The position numbers were made by a program, and so were the translations under genes. DNA of 64,000 nt. It comes from Paraspadella gotoi. Taxonomy: Eukaryota > Animalia > Chaetognatha. This document shows positions 40,372-54,065 of this stretch, piece after piece. Positions within the stretch are counted from its first letter, which is position 1, and every line of letters begins with the position of its first letter. Location of the stretch: the NCBI GenBank assembly GCA_051294375.1, contig CM119264.1, positions 20,998,645 to 21,062,644 on the forward strand, written 5' to 3'. The notes below the pieces were generated by a model, which was not told the DNA's origin, did not search any database, and saw only the letters and a list, made by a program, of their open reading frames with translations.

Positions 40372-41380
40372 TTTCAAAACTTGCATAATTTTTTCAGCTT
40401 GCATAATTTTTTCCGCTTGCATAATTTCTTCAGCTTTGTATAATTTTTTCAGCACTTGCATAATTTTTTCAGCTGCATAATTTTTTCACTTGCATAATTT
40501 TTTCACTGCATAATTTTTTCAACTTGCATAATTTTTTTCAAACTTGCATAATTTTTCAAACTTTGCATAATTTTTTTAATTTGTATACGATTTTTTTAAA
40601 CTTGCATAATTTTTTTCCAACTTGGCATAAATTTTTTTAACTTGCATAATTTTTTCAGCTTGCATAATTTTTTTAACTTGCATAATTTTTTTCACTTGCA
40701 ATTTTTTTCAACTGCATAAATTTTTCAAACTTGCATAATTTTTTTAACTTGCATATTTTTTCCAACTTGGCATAAATTTTTTTTAACTGCATAATTTTTC
40801 AGCTTGCATAGATTTTTTTCAACTTGCATAATGTTTTTCAAACTTAGCATAATTTTTTTCAAACTTGCCATAATTTTTTTAACTTGCCATAATTTTTTCA
40901 AACTTGCAATAAATTTTTTTAATTTGTATAATTTTTCACTTGCATAATTTGTTCAAAACTTTGGGCATAATTTTTTTCAAACTTGCAATAATTTTTTTAA
41001 CATTGCATAATTTTTTTATTTGTATAATTTTTTTAACTTGCTAAATTTTTTCAACTTGCATATTTTTTTAACTGCATAATTTTTTCAGCTTGCATAATTT
41101 TTTCAACTTGCATAATTTTTTCAACTGCAAATTTTTTCAACTTGCATAATTTTTACTTGCATAATTTTTCAACTTGCATAATTTTTAAATTTTTTGTATA
41201 ATTTTTTTCAACTTGCATAATTTTTTTCAACTTGCATAATTTTTTAACTTGTATAATTTTTACAATTTGCAATACTTTTTCAACTTGCATACTTTTTTTC
41301 AACTTGCATACTTTTTTAAACTTGCATACTTTTATTTAACTTGCAATCCCTTTTTTAACTTGGCAATACTTTTTTTCCAA
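40372..41380. repeat. ~19-20-bp minisatellite (AACTTGCATAATTTTTTTC)
   Basis: About 50 tandem units. Confidence 0.95.
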
Positions 41381-44159
41381 CTCTGCTGTTAATAAAAAAT
41401 CAACTAAAAAGTTTTTTAATAAAAGAAAAAATAATGGAAAAAAATGACAGAAAAAAAAACAGACCAAAATTCAAGGGTAAAGTAAATCGCTAAAGCGATT
41501 TACAATTCATTGATTCAGCTATTTGATTATGCTTTTTTTGACACTTTTTTCATCGAAGCCCCTTTGCTGCAGCTCCTGAAGCAGCGGACTCAAGCATGAC
41601 ACACATACTCTTCTCTTTTGCTGCTTCAATCTTCGCTTTAATGCCTCACTCATCGTTTTTTCGTCGCTCTCATCGTCGCATTTGGCTCCGTCACGTCATC
41701 GTTTTTGTCGATCCCGATTCCTGACACTGAGTCATCCAGCCAGATCTCAAAAATGAGATCAGTCATTACGGCAAGGGGCTTTCGATGATTACAAAAATTA
41801 AAAGGCGATTTTTTTACATTGTCTTATTGTATTATGTGTTGCTTTGTGTATCTTCTAGTCGAGCCAAGTGGTGTGGTCTGATTCATACTTTCCTCATTGC
41901 AACGTTTTCCAATTGTACGTCTTAAATCCTAACTTTTTCTTCAAAAAAGTTTTTAGGATTTATTTTGAATAAAAAATAACGTCAGAATTGGCCCACTAAA
42001 CGCGCTTTTTTGTTCGCAAGTATGCATCATATTTTTTTATTATTTCAAGTAAGTCTAAACTGTATTAGAAGTGGGAAGTAGTCGATTAAGCACCCAGACG
42101 GTACGATTCGAGGTAATGTTATATTATACAGGCTAACTTTATTCTTTAGCATGGTTTACTCTATGAATTACATTTGCGATCGACGAACGCTTATCATTAT
42201 ACTTTCCGTCGTCTATGTGCATAGAATTTAAAATAGAACTTATCATCATGGAAATGAAATGCGATGAAAAATTGCTGAAATAGCCGTGCAAATTAGCCTT
42301 GTTTATTTGATCATACTTCAATAGTGAAGATCAGAGCAATTTGGAAAGGGTAATGAAAAAACTCTTCGAGAAATACCAGAAGAATTAGGAAGAGGAGGAA
42401 TATAAACGGACAGAGAGCGCACTTGATTCATGTTAGAAATGTCTAGGAGTATTGCGGAGCTAGAAGGTATCGAGCGTAGGAGCGCCTTTTAATGGACCAA
42501 GAAAAAGACTATTGTGAGTTTTAAGTTGAGTTCTTGGCTTTTGTGCAGTTCTGCTCAAGGAGAATTTTGGACGATTTCACAATCTGGTTGTACATTATAT
42601 ATATAGTATTGACACTATGTGAATCTAAGAAAATTGCTCTATAAAATATCAGAGAATTGACGGTCTCAGCACTTAGCATTCTATATTGATTCAAGAATTG
42701 ACAGGTGATTCTTTTCCGTTTTTTTAGATATTTTTATCAGATTATATTTCATTGCGTTAGCGCTCTATTATTTTTCGCGCTTTCGTTTATTTAATGATAT
42801 GAGGTCTTCGGTTTCTAGAACTCATCTAAATTGTAGAAATATTAGCTTCGAACTTATTTTAATTACATATTAATAGGCACCCAAAAATGGTGTATCCCTC
42901 CTCCCTAGGACGATGAGTAAGTTTCATACAATTGCTAGAGTACATTCTTTGATATTTTACTACTTTTCATATAAGGAAGATCATCCCAAGTACTGATAGC
43001 AGTTTGTGAGAGAATAGGGACCAATAACTGTAGTTCGATGAAGTTAAAGTCTTATCCTGATTATAGAATATGCATATAGCAGGGATTCGTCTTGCTATGA
43101 TCATTTTGATACATTTGATAAGTAGAGAGTGGTAGGCCTTAGGAACCACCATGCTTCACCAGTTCAAGAGATGATAGTGCATATTGTATGTAAATTATGG
43201 TTTATTATGTTGTATGTGTGAAAATTATCGACTCAATTTTAGAATATAGAGACTTACCATGCAATAAGTATGAAAAAATTATGCCCAAGTCTGAGGACAC
43301 ACTACAGAGTTAGTTAGATTACCATATATATACCACAGCTATATTCTACACAATGATATTAGAAAAGAGTAAATCATTATGTTCAGCATACAATTTAAGG
43401 AAATAAATCATGAATCCATTTTGATACACAATATCATTTACTGTTTAGCAAATATATAGAATATGCAAGGTTGAATAATTGAGTGCAAGTAAATGAAAAT
43501 ATATTATGTTATTTTTGGAATCCTTTCTTCCTTACCTTCTTCACCCTTGAGTAAAATATTTTCCTTATATCATTCATTGTCCTATTGAATCAATCAAAAA
43601 GTCGCAGTTTTAGTTTTTTATATATTTATTAAACAAAAATAGTTTAAATTGGCTTTTCACTAACTGAAAATATGTCCACAGAATGAGCTTATTACACCTA
43701 ACAAAATTATCAAAAAAACCTCTTTTCGTTTAGCCACAATATTTAAAGACAAGTTTTAATTTGTGACTTTTGTGACTTTGCCATTTTTTATGATAAAGGA
43801 AAATATTTTCAACTCATTTATTATTTAAAACTATGGGGTACTTACTGACGTTGAGTAAACAAAAAAAACCCGCAATCCTTTAACCCAATGGAAAGCGTCA
43901 GGACTTGCTTTTTTCTCAGAAATCGACAGATTTTTGCGGGAAAAATTTTCCGCAAAATCTGTTGATTTACTAACATTTTGCTAAGGCAACAAAGATGAAA
44001 TAAAAACCTCCCTTAATCGTGAGTATAATCCTTTCTTATAATTAATATTAAAGATTTTCTTTGATATGGCTCATGTAAACGTTTTGAAGAAGAGGAAAGA
44101 GAAACAAGAAAAGGAGAAGGGAAAGAAATGAAGAGGGGGCCAAAGGCAAAAAAATAGGC

Positions 44160-47100
44160 AAATGGGGGAAAAAAATAGTGAGACAAATAAGGTAAGGAAA
44201 TGAGGGGAAATTGGAAAGAAAATAGAGGGGAAAAGAAAGGGAAAGGAGAGAAGGAGGAAAAGGTTAAGGCAAAATGCATGAGTGGCGTCAAGAAAAAGGT
44301 AGGGGCCGAAAAATGGTAAGTGAACAGATTGAAGGGCAGTAAACGGGAGGAAAGAGGAAGAGGAATTACAAGAAGATGAAAGAAAAAGAAGTGAAGAAAA
44401 AAATCAGGGAAGCATATGAAAAAAAAATAGTATCAGATAATGTGGCGTCTTACCTAAAATCTTGTTATGTTAGTAAAAAGACGTGAAGATTTTAGAGGTA
44501 TTCGATCTTTAAAAATTATATACCATAAAAATTTGAACATACTTACACCTAAAATTACGCAGTTAATGAGATTAGATAAACAATCATTGTAAGAAATCAT
44601 GCTTTACCGGTTTTTAACTCATAGAAATTACCTGGGAAGATTTCTAAGTGATAGAGAAGGAGATAACTTGAGACTACCGTTTTATTTAAAATGAAGTAGC
44701 TTCATACTATACTAATGAGATCAAGAAGAATGGTAATTATGAAGTTAGATTCGTTGTCTATAAAGACTATGATTCGTACGTGGAGCCGATTATAATTGTT
44801 ACGTGCAAACTGTTTATCTCAATAATCGTGAGTTTTAACATCAAATTTAATTTATTTATATTTCTTATTTTATTTATTTTAAAAATCTGAATTATCTTAA
44901 ACAAACTAATCGGGAGCCGAATCAAGAACGCTTTCTTTATAAATTGTACACTTTAGAGGAATCTCTTTTGTATCGTCCTCCTATACGAATAGAAGGGTAT
45001 TGACATATATATCGTAAAGTATCCCCTTCGCATATCCCGAAGAACGATGAGAAGCGATGATGATCTCAAAACAATAGAGAAACGGCTACGCCGACCGACG
45101 ACGACGATCGTCCACAGACGATCCTGATAGTGACGGACTCGACGTTGATTGAATATACGCTTACTTGATTCAATTCATGATACGAAGCGACATAATGCGA
45201 CCATTGGACCTCTTATAATAAGTGTTTACCTAATCAGGCGCGAAGAAAAACGACAGTGATGTGTATCGATGCACGACCGCGGAGGCGATGACTGACCGGA
45301 CGACTATAACCGAGCGCCGCGCGAAATCGATCGATTTTCGTCAGAGATACGCGAGGTGAACCCGAACAGTTTTATGCCCGATGAGTTCTTCAATCATGCG
45401 GGCTGATGTTATCACAATGTATAAGTACTTGAAGTCTTATCGACTGCACGACGATTCAGACGACAAGCAACGATCAGTAGATACAGATTGCTGTCATGAG
45501 GTGAGAGTAGAGATAATTGAGCTTTCGAGGATGGATCTAATAATTGGTATGGCCTAGAGTAATTTAAAAAGGTACCAGCATAGGGTAATTAGTTCGAAGA
45601 CTAATCTCCTTTCGAAATTGACTCTTTTGTTCCTGAATTTAACGGTTATGGGATTAAGTGACGTAGAAACAGGTAGACGAATTAAGTGAGATAGAGAGTA
45701 AGAGAAATTGTGGATGTATGGAGTAGAAGTAGGAAGATAAAGGGAGGAAGTAGAGAGAAAAGTAGAGAACTGGATGGAGAGTGATGAAGGAGCCGAATGA
45801 ATTAGGAAGGCAATGGTAGAGCGAATGAAAGGTAACGGGAAAGGAGAGGAGAATTAAAGAGGGGAAGTGAGAGAGGAAGTAAAGGGCAGGGATAGGGAAG
45901 AGATGGAAGAAGGTCCTGGAGAGTAGAGGAGAAAGGATAGAAGTTTGGACTCGTGTAAGGATGAGAGGTATCAAGTAATAGGGCAAGAGATCTACTTGCC
46001 GGATGAATGAAGATTAAAGAGATGTGATTGTTCGAGAAGATATGACGCACGGGAATACGCAACGCAATTTAAGCGAGAGTGCAATAGAGAATTGATGAAT
46101 AAGTAGGAGGAAAGATTAGAATTGTAGTAGAAGAAGGAGAATGGGTAGGAGAGAAGGAAGAAAGAGACTGATGGGAGATAGTAAGGAAATACAGGAGCGT
46201 AAGGAGAGCAGGAAGTAAAGGGAAAGAAGATGCAGAGATGAGAGAAACGGCGAGTGGAAGGACAAGAAATAAAGGGGGGAACAGAGAGAGGGAAAGTAAG
46301 GGAGGGAAGGAGTAGAGAAGGGAAGAAAGAGAGAGGGAAGGAACAAAAGTGAAGAAAGCGGAGGGCAAGAAGAAGTAGGAAGAAAGGGAGGGAAGGAGCG
46401 AGGAAGAAAGGGAAGCGGAGGAGAGCAGGAGGAAGATAAGGAGGGAGTGAAAGAGTGTAAGTAAAGGAAGTGGAGGAAGTGGAGAGAAAGGCGAAAGCGC
46501 GGAAAGAAGAGAGAACACATATAAAGTAAGTGGAAGGAGATGAGGAAAAAAGATCAACTTGAAGCGGGAAGAAGAGAAGGAAGTGAACGAGAGGAAGAAA
46601 GGGAGCCAGCGTTGCGAGGCAACGGGAATAACCGAGTATAAAAAAGGAGAGAACGAAAGAGATAGAGAGCGACGGAAAGGAGAGAGGAATTGAAGGGATG
46701 TGTGAAGTGCGGAGTATGGAGAACGGAAAAGATGGCAGTGATGTTATGGTATGATTGTAAAGTACAAAGAAGAGAAAGAGTGAAGATGTATAGTATATGT
46801 CCTTTGGATATTTTACAGCAGGCTCGCGTTCTACTAAGCTGTGATGATAAAAGTGGGTTATGGCTATACCCTTATATTATTTCATGCACTCTCTGTCGGT
46901 CTCGGTCTCAATCTCTAAGCATCATCTGTATATCTGAGGTTAATTTATAAGCGAAGGGTTAATTTTTTGGAGGTTTGGCCAATGGCCGTTGTCAATTTTT
47001 GGGAGAGAGCAGAGAGAGACGTTCTTGGTAGTTCTGTTTAGAACTCAACCATTGAACGTTTTTCCCGTGTCCTGAAATTGGTTTTACGAGAGATTTTTCT

Positions 47101-48452
47101 GTTAGAATAAAAGTTTCTCTACTTTCTGCCTTGATCTATCGGATGACTTTTATTCAAATGCATTTATCTCGATGATATACATGTGAGTCATTCTCGACAT
47201 ATTCTCCTCGTCAATACTTCACAGTGCTAACGGGCAACGTCATACAGCAAGGCAGCGACTCCGGAGAGCTGAAGTCGCGAAACTTTCGAGAGCGAGTGAA
47301 ACGGTTCGCTCTCTCTCTCTCTGCTGTTCTCTTTCTCTGGTCTCTCTCTCGAAACACCACCCCCACGACACCGCACGATTCCCCCCCCCCCCCCCCTCTC
47401 TCTCTCTCTCTTTTTATCTCTGTTTAATTATCACAAAACATTTTTAAATGTTCCGCTCTGCAGTGGGGTGTGGGTAGTGTGAGGACTAAGGGAGATGAGC
47501 GGTGTGTGGAGAAGGCGGCGTCGGGTATAGAGATACAACATGGGTGAACAACTTTGGGTGGGGGGTGGGTAAATGCGTCTCTCAGCGTTCTTTCTCTCCC
47601 TCTCTCTCTCTCTCTCTCTTCATCTGATTCTCTCTCATCTCTCCCTGTATCAATTCTCTGCGTGATTTATTTCCTTTTTACCTTCCTAAATAACCTTTAA
47701 GTTAATCGCTCATTTTTCCCAGACCGCTTGGTTTCTCTCGCATACATCCACTCCTCTTATTTCTCTCTTGTCTCTCTCTCTCTTTCACTTATACGACCGC
47801 TTTGGTTTGTTTTTATTTTGGTAGATGATTCATCGGGTTCAGAATGATATCTTATAAGTCATCTAGTTTGGTTTCCAATCGGTAACCATACTTGTTTATC
47901 AATTTGCACTCATTTGTTATCATCGGCAATCAATATTTTGGTTACAAAATCGCATCAAAATTCCTTTGGTCATCCATCAGCATCAATAATATTTGGTTTA
48001 ATCACGCATCCAAGATATTTCCGGTTGCATTGTGTGAAGTGCCAGGCTCGGTCCTTTCTTTTAGATTTTTCTTAGGGCAAATACGGCGTAAATGAGAGTT
48101 TTTCAACACCATATAACGATTCACTGCATTCTTGACCGTCATAACTCCTATCTCATCAACTGATGGTAGTGGAACTTAATTACTGTAAATATCGAAGTTG
48201 CAGTCATATTTATTTTTTCAAATGTTTTTTTCGATTTTCTATTCCCCTGTCAAGTCGGTGCTCTACTTCGGATAATGATTGTTAAGGGACAAGGGTTCCA
48301 TGCCTATCAGCGAAACAAATTGACTTCTCCTCCCCTTAAGTATTCAGATGGGAATACTTATTGAACTCCGCACTTAAGCACAAATACTAAGGTAGCTGAA
48401 TTTTTTTATGAAAATTGCGTACAACCAATATAAACATTATCCATCATTTAAT
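44160..48452 (-). repeat. Error-rich inverted copies of 30380-30700, 36150-37207 and 37210-38460
   Basis: Reverse-complement colinearity with increasing indel noise. Confidence 0.8.
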
Positions 48453-48454
48453 AA

Positions 48455-51123
48455 ATAGCTATCTTGCCCTGACTGCTCTGGACAGGCTTTTTATTTAATA
48501 CGTAACTGAATTCAATACTGCAATAACAAAGTAGTTCTCTTCTCTTCTCTGCACATGCGCAGGATCGTAAGAGAGGCTAATGCATTAATATCTGTAAATT
48601 AAACTATACCGTTTACGTAACAATCCCTCATAAAAAACTATATTTCCATTACTGTTTGTCTATACAATTTGCCAATACCTCTTTGATTAATTCTACCCAC
48701 GTACACGACACTATTTCTACTAAACATCATTCCTCTATCAATCTTCCTCTCTCTTCACCATCATTCCCTATCCCCATCTTGCAACGCCACCCCTCCCTCC
48801 ACGCCCACCCTCTCGTTTTCACCTTTCCGACTCTACGGCTCATAATCATCCCCGCCGATCGAGGGCGGTCGCTTTATGTCATTGCCCATATAATTAAGAG
48901 ATATGCGACTTCTACCGCTTAGCTGTATCAGAGCTGAGTGGCTGTTTGTCTGCAGGGTGAAAAGCGCAGGTCTGGCGTCGCCACGTCGGAGCGCGGGGTC
49001 GGGATTGGTCGTAGCGACGCCATTTATTGGGGGGCATGTCGAAGACGATGGTGGCTAGGGGGTGTGAGAATTTTATGGACGCAATGAGGATACGAGTTTA
49101 GTTTTTTATTGGGGGGGGTATTTCAATTATAAGCGTCAAGCTGAACACTGAAAATTCCTAACGTATCGATTAGATCTTGTGTTCCCAAATCTTTATTTTT
49201 CATCGGATTTAAACTTTTCATTGAAAGTTTATCCGAGCTGTTTTTTTTAATAGAACTTATAATAACTATTTGTACTGTTTTTTTTTATATCGAAATTGTT
49301 AATAACAATTTAAAAAATTATCAACTATTTATAAATAAGTATCTTTACCCTGAATTTTTGGCCGAGGCTATATCATTAAACTTTAATTTAATTCTCGGAA
49401 AAAAAAGAGCAGTGAAATTCACGTTGAAGAGGAGAATAGGTTGTGAAAATTACAGCGGGGATGGCAGGTTTTCAAAGTAGTGAATATAATTCATTCTTCC
49501 AAATCTCAATGGCACACGCACAATCATGCCGACAACTCACTAATGATGCCACCGAAATCCGGCGAAATCTATTCCCACTTACTATCGTTCTCTCATTATA
49601 AGTTAAGGAACTTTTTATTTTCTATGAGGGCGAGAAACACAGCCTTATTGAAGGGATATTTAAGTTAATGCGGAAAGAGAAAAATTGGAAACATACACAA
49701 GGATTTTACCCAGAAAGTACCCAACCACCGAAATCTCAGGTAATCCAGTGAATTCCACTTTATGGCCCGGGCATAGATCACCGTTTATCCTCAGGATGAA
49801 CTTCATTTTTCATCAGCCGCGCGGGGGATTATTTCAGTTATTTCATAAAGAGAGTGGCCAATGTGCAATCTCGGATCCTCTACTCATTTTCCGTGTTGGC
49901 TTACAATCTATCCTCNNNNNNNNNNNNNNNNNNNNNNNNNATAAGCTATCTTGCCCCTGACTTTGGACAGGCTTTTTATTAATAGTAACTGAACAATACT
50001 GAAAAAAAGTAGTTTTTTCTCTGAATGCGAGGATCGTAAGCAGAGGCTAATGCATTATATCGTAATTAATCATACGTACGTAACAATCCCAAAAAAACTA
50101 AGTTTTTTTTTACTTTTGTATACAATTTTGCATACCTTTTGATAATTTACCCACGTTATCACGATCATTTCTACTAAACATCACTTCTCTAAATCTTTCC
50201 TCCTCTTCACCATCATTCCCCATCCCCATCACGCCACCCCTCCCCACGCCCACCCTCTCGTCTTCATCCTTTCCGACTCTACGGCTCATAATCATCCCCG
50301 AGGCGATCGAGGCGGCGCTTTATGGTCATTGCCCATATAATTAAGAGAAGCGACTTTACCGCTTCAGCGTTCGAGTGGAGGGCGTGTTGTTGAGGGTGGA
50401 AAAGGCGAGGCGGCGTCGCCACGGGCGCGGGGTCGGGATTGGATTACGTAGCGACGGCTTATTGGGGAGTGTCGAGCGATGGTTGGTAGGGGGTGTGAGA
50501 ATTTTATTGGACGCAATGAGGATACGAGTTTAGCTTTTTTTTTTTGGGGGGGGGGGGTTATTTCTAATTATAAGCGTCAACGCTGAACACTGAACATTCC
50601 ACGTATCGATTAGATCTTGTGTCCCAAATCTTTATTTTTCATCGGATTTAAAACTTTTCATTGAAGTTTTACCGTAGCTGTTTTTTAAATGAACTTATAA
50701 TAACTATTTTACTGTTTTTTTATATGAAATTGTAATAACAATTAAAAAATTATCAACTAATTTTATAAATAAGCTATCTTTACCCTGAATTTTGGCAGGC
50801 TATATCATTAAACTTTAATTTAATTCTCGAAAAAAAAAGAAGGAAAATTGTTGAAATTCACGTTTTCAAAGGAAATCATTCTCCAAACTCAATGCCGCCA
50901 TCATGCCGTCACTAAGATGCACCGATCGCCGAAATCCTATCCCATTACGTCGTCCTCTTAAAACCTTTTTTTTTTCTATGGGGCGAAGAAACAGTTGAAG
51001 GACGTTAATCGGAGTTGGAAACTCGATCCCGAGATCCCCGACCGATCTCCATATCCCGTTTCCTTGGCCTCGACCGTCTCAGATGAACTTCTATTTCTCA
51101 GCCGGCGGTTTATTCATTTTTCC
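48455..51123 (+). repeat. Noisy tandem duplication across a 25-N gap (48455-49915 vs 49941-51123)
   Basis: Both start with AGCTATCTTGCCC(C)TGAC and are colinear with many indels. Confidence 0.85.
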
Positions 51124-51797
51124 NNNNNNNNNNNNNNNNNNNNNNNNNNNNNNNNNNNNNNNNNNNNNNNNNNNNNNNNNNNNNNNNNNNNNNNNNNNNN
51201 NNNNNNNNNNNNNNNNNNNNNNNNNNNNNNNNNNNNNNNNNNNNNNNNNNNNNNNNNNNNNNNNNNNNNNNNNNNNNNNNNNNNNNNNNNNNNNNNNNNN
51301 NNNNNNNNNNNNNNNNNNNNNNNNNNNNNNNNNNNNNNNNNNNNNNNNNNNNNNNNNNNNNNNNNNNNNNNNNNNNNNNNNNNNNNNNNNNNNNNNNNNN
51401 NNNNNNNNNNNNNNNNNNNNNNNNNNNNNNNNNNNNNNNNNNNNNNNNNNNNNNNNNNNNNNNNNNNNNNNNNNNNNNNNNNNNNNNNNNNNNNNNNNNN
51501 NNNNNNNNNNNNNNNNNNNNNNNNNNNNNNNNNNNNNNNNNNNNNNNNNNNNNNNNNNNNNNNNNNNNNNNNNNNNNNNNNNNNNNNNNNNNNNNNNNNN
51601 NNNNNNNNNNNNNNNNNNNNNNNNNNNNNNNNNNNNNNNNNNNNNNNNNNNNNNNNNNNNNNNNNNNNNNNNNNNNNNNNNNNNNNNNNNNNNNNNNNNN
51701 NNNNNNNNNNNNNNNNNNNNNNNNNNNNNNNNNNNNNNNNNNNNNNNNNNNNNNNNNNNNNNNNNNNNNNNNNNNNNNNNNNNNNNNNNNNNNNTCC

Positions 51798-51917
51798 TAG
51801 TTGGCAATTACAATCTCATCCTCTATTCATTTTTTCCAGTTGGCAATTACAATCTCATTCCTCCATCTCTCTCTTTCAGTGGCAATTACAATCTCATCCT
51901 GTATTCATTTTCCCAGA
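51798..51917. repeat. ~39-bp tandem repeat (GTTGGCAATTACAATCTCATCCTCTATTCATTTTTTCCA) emerging from a gap
   Basis: Three units visible; the array probably continues into the N gap. Confidence 0.8.
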
Positions 51918-51995
51918 CGATGGGAGAGTCGGTTTGAGAGATCCTTTCATCCCGTCCATAAGTCTCATGCATTTTTTTTCCTTCTAAATTTTCAG

Positions 51996-52087
51996 CTCCT
52001 TCCTAACCAAAGAGCCTGAGAGCCCGGTGTCTCGGAATCACCCACGACCCCAATACGCTTCGCTTCAAACTCATCTCAACGAGGAAC
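51996..52087 (+). CDS. Candidate internal coding exon, product unknown
   Basis: Polypyrimidine tract plus TTTTCAG acceptor; only one frame is open (SFLTKEPESPVSRNHPRPQYASLQTHLNEE); donor AAC|GTATCG is moderate. Phase-compatible with the next candidate. Confidence 0.3.
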
Positions 52088-52272
52088 GTATCGTCTCTTC
52101 TTACATATTTGATTTTGTTTCTCTCTCCTCCACTCGTACAACGTTTACCCCTAAAGTCTAACTTCAATTAATCTCATTAATTTTTATATTCCTTTCAGCT
52201 CAATTTAATCTTTCAGTTTCCCTCAACTCACCTAACTCAAATTTGCCTAATTTTGCTAATCTTGCTTCTTAG

Positions 52273-52323
52273 ATCCTTCACAAAGTGACAATGTACTCCT
52301 CGCGCCGCAGTGCGTGGGAAAAG
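52273..52323 (+). CDS. Candidate 51-nt internal exon, product unknown
   Basis: CTAAT branch-like motif, CTTGCTTCTTAG acceptor and a strong AAG|GTAAGC donor. Reads (H)PSQSDNVLLAPQCVGK in phase with the upstream candidate, or alternatively ILHKVTMYSSRRSAWEK. Confidence 0.4.
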
Positions 52324-53619
52324 GTAAGCTCCAAACCAAAACCTTATCTCGAACGACGACAGCTGCACAGATTCCAACACTTTCCCTCAATTAGACAAAG
52401 AATCCCAGCCGACTCCTAGCACAACTAATGCCACCCCTTGCCTTCTCCCCATGAAACTGATTCTGAAAACGCGACCGCGATCGACCCGCGCTTCATGATC
52501 GACATTTCATTTGGCGACCGATCAATTCCCATTTAGTTTAGCCGACCTAACATCCATGACTTAATATTATCATCATGATGATCATCCTCATCATCATAAT
52601 AATACTCATCTTTATCATTATCATCATCATCATCATCATTGGAATCTTCCATCTCACCCGCGTTCCCTCCATAACTCCGCCGGCGCAATTTTCTCTCCCT
52701 CCCCCTTAATTCCTCACCTCCCGCCCCCACCAAATTCGACGAGAGCAGCCCGACATCGCCGACGAGTCCCGGCCGACGAGTTTAAAATCTTTCCACCGAC
52801 TGGGATCCGTTCCCCGCCCCTCCACTTCCCGCCGCGTTGTATCCCTTCTAAAAACCGTCATTAATCCACCGATTCCCACCCCCCCTCCATCCGTCGCAAG
52901 TCATTATGCTTCCACTCAGAACGAAATCCCCAACGCCCCCTAGAAACACCCCAACCCCTCACCTCCATTCCTCATCGCCGTCCCCCGTTTTCGAGCGTGA
53001 GTTCCCGAGGGACGCGAGAGATTTCGCTATCATGATGTCGTCGGTTCGAAAACTGCGCTTTTTATGCATCCGCCCCTTCGCCTTCGCTTCGTGAGCATTC
53101 GATTTTTTTTCCCCGCCATCGTTTGTGCCAGTTCCGCCGTTCGCTCATCGTTTATTGCCTTGATGCCTTCGTTTCTCCGTGTTCGTAGTTTCCGAGTGAA
53201 GCATAATTATACGAAGTTTTCTTTTTTCTATTCACTATTCGCTTCATTTTTTGTTTGAGCGATTGGTTTTATTCTACAAGAAACTTCTTCATATATTTAA
53301 TTTCTTTTCTCTTTTTTTTAATGTTCGCACATTCCTCCTGCGTCAGGAGATTCTCCTAAAATTCTTATCTTCCTCCGAATTTCTTCAATCTGCTCATCCT
53401 TTTTTTTATTCTTTCCTCGTTATCCGTTTGCCCACTCGTTCGCTCTTTCGTTAGCCAAAAAATATCCGCTTTTCGGGAAGGGCGAAAGAAAATCGTAGAA
53501 ATTGTGGCGACAAATTTTCTGCAAATTACTATCGGAGATTATCTAAACTGTTAATGCCGTAAGATTTTGCCACGAAACATGTATTCATATTGGTAAAAAC
53601 GGACAAAAACATGTCGTAG

Positions 53620-54065
53620 CTATGAAATTGGTACAACCAATATAAAAATTGTTCGTTCATTTAATAGAAAAGCCATCTTGACCCTGACTTTGGACAGGCT
53701 TTGCAGGTTTAAGGCCTCTGAAGAGACAATAATTATTGTTATGTGTTAGTGACAGTATAAGCCGTCACTGAGCTTCGGATCAGGCTGTAACACCGAGTTA
53801 CAGGCGGGTTAAGCGCCCCCTCCCTCTTAACTGCTAGGCGACCACCGGGCTAGAACCCGAGACCTTTGGGTTGGGAGGCAAATGACTTACCTCCGGCACC
53901 AATGGCCGCTGATGAACGGTTGGTAGATTTTAGTCAACAATACCTCAATCACTCTTACAAGATAGTGACAGCAGGTCCCTGCAAGCTTTCAATCAAGACT
54001 CTCTCACAGTCTCGTTTATTCACTCCCAGAGTACCTGGCTTCCTTATCAATGAAGTGAAATAATA
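53620..54065. mobile_element. Interspersed repeat family (TATGAAATTGGTACAACCAATATAAAAATT...), copy containing a tRNA-like module
   Basis: Homologous to 61783-62000; the same motif also occurs at 37212-37290 (reverse), 48405-48490 and 62050-62112. Confidence 0.65.
53838..53909 (-). pseudogene. tRNA-derived (Gly-CCC-like) pseudo-tRNA / SINE head
   Basis: 72 nt: acceptor stem GCGGCCA/TGGTCGC, A-box-like TGGTGCCGGAGG, anticodon loop CTCCCAA, T-arm TCGGG-TTCTAG-CCCGG. The D and anticodon stems do not pair well, so it is not a functional tRNA. Confidence 0.7.

Noticed and set aside
42280-43016. Possible hAT transposase relics (KLACLFD..F; IPSTDSSCERI)
   Set aside because: Both motifs need assumed frameshifts and are too short to support without BLASTX.
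53838-53909. Functional tRNA-Gly(CCC) gene
   Set aside because: The D and anticodon stems are unpaired and the T-loop is only 6 nt.
53905-53945. CTGATGA as a hammerhead core (also at 3000 and CTGAAGA at 20221 and 53718)
   Set aside because: No stem II followed by GAAA.
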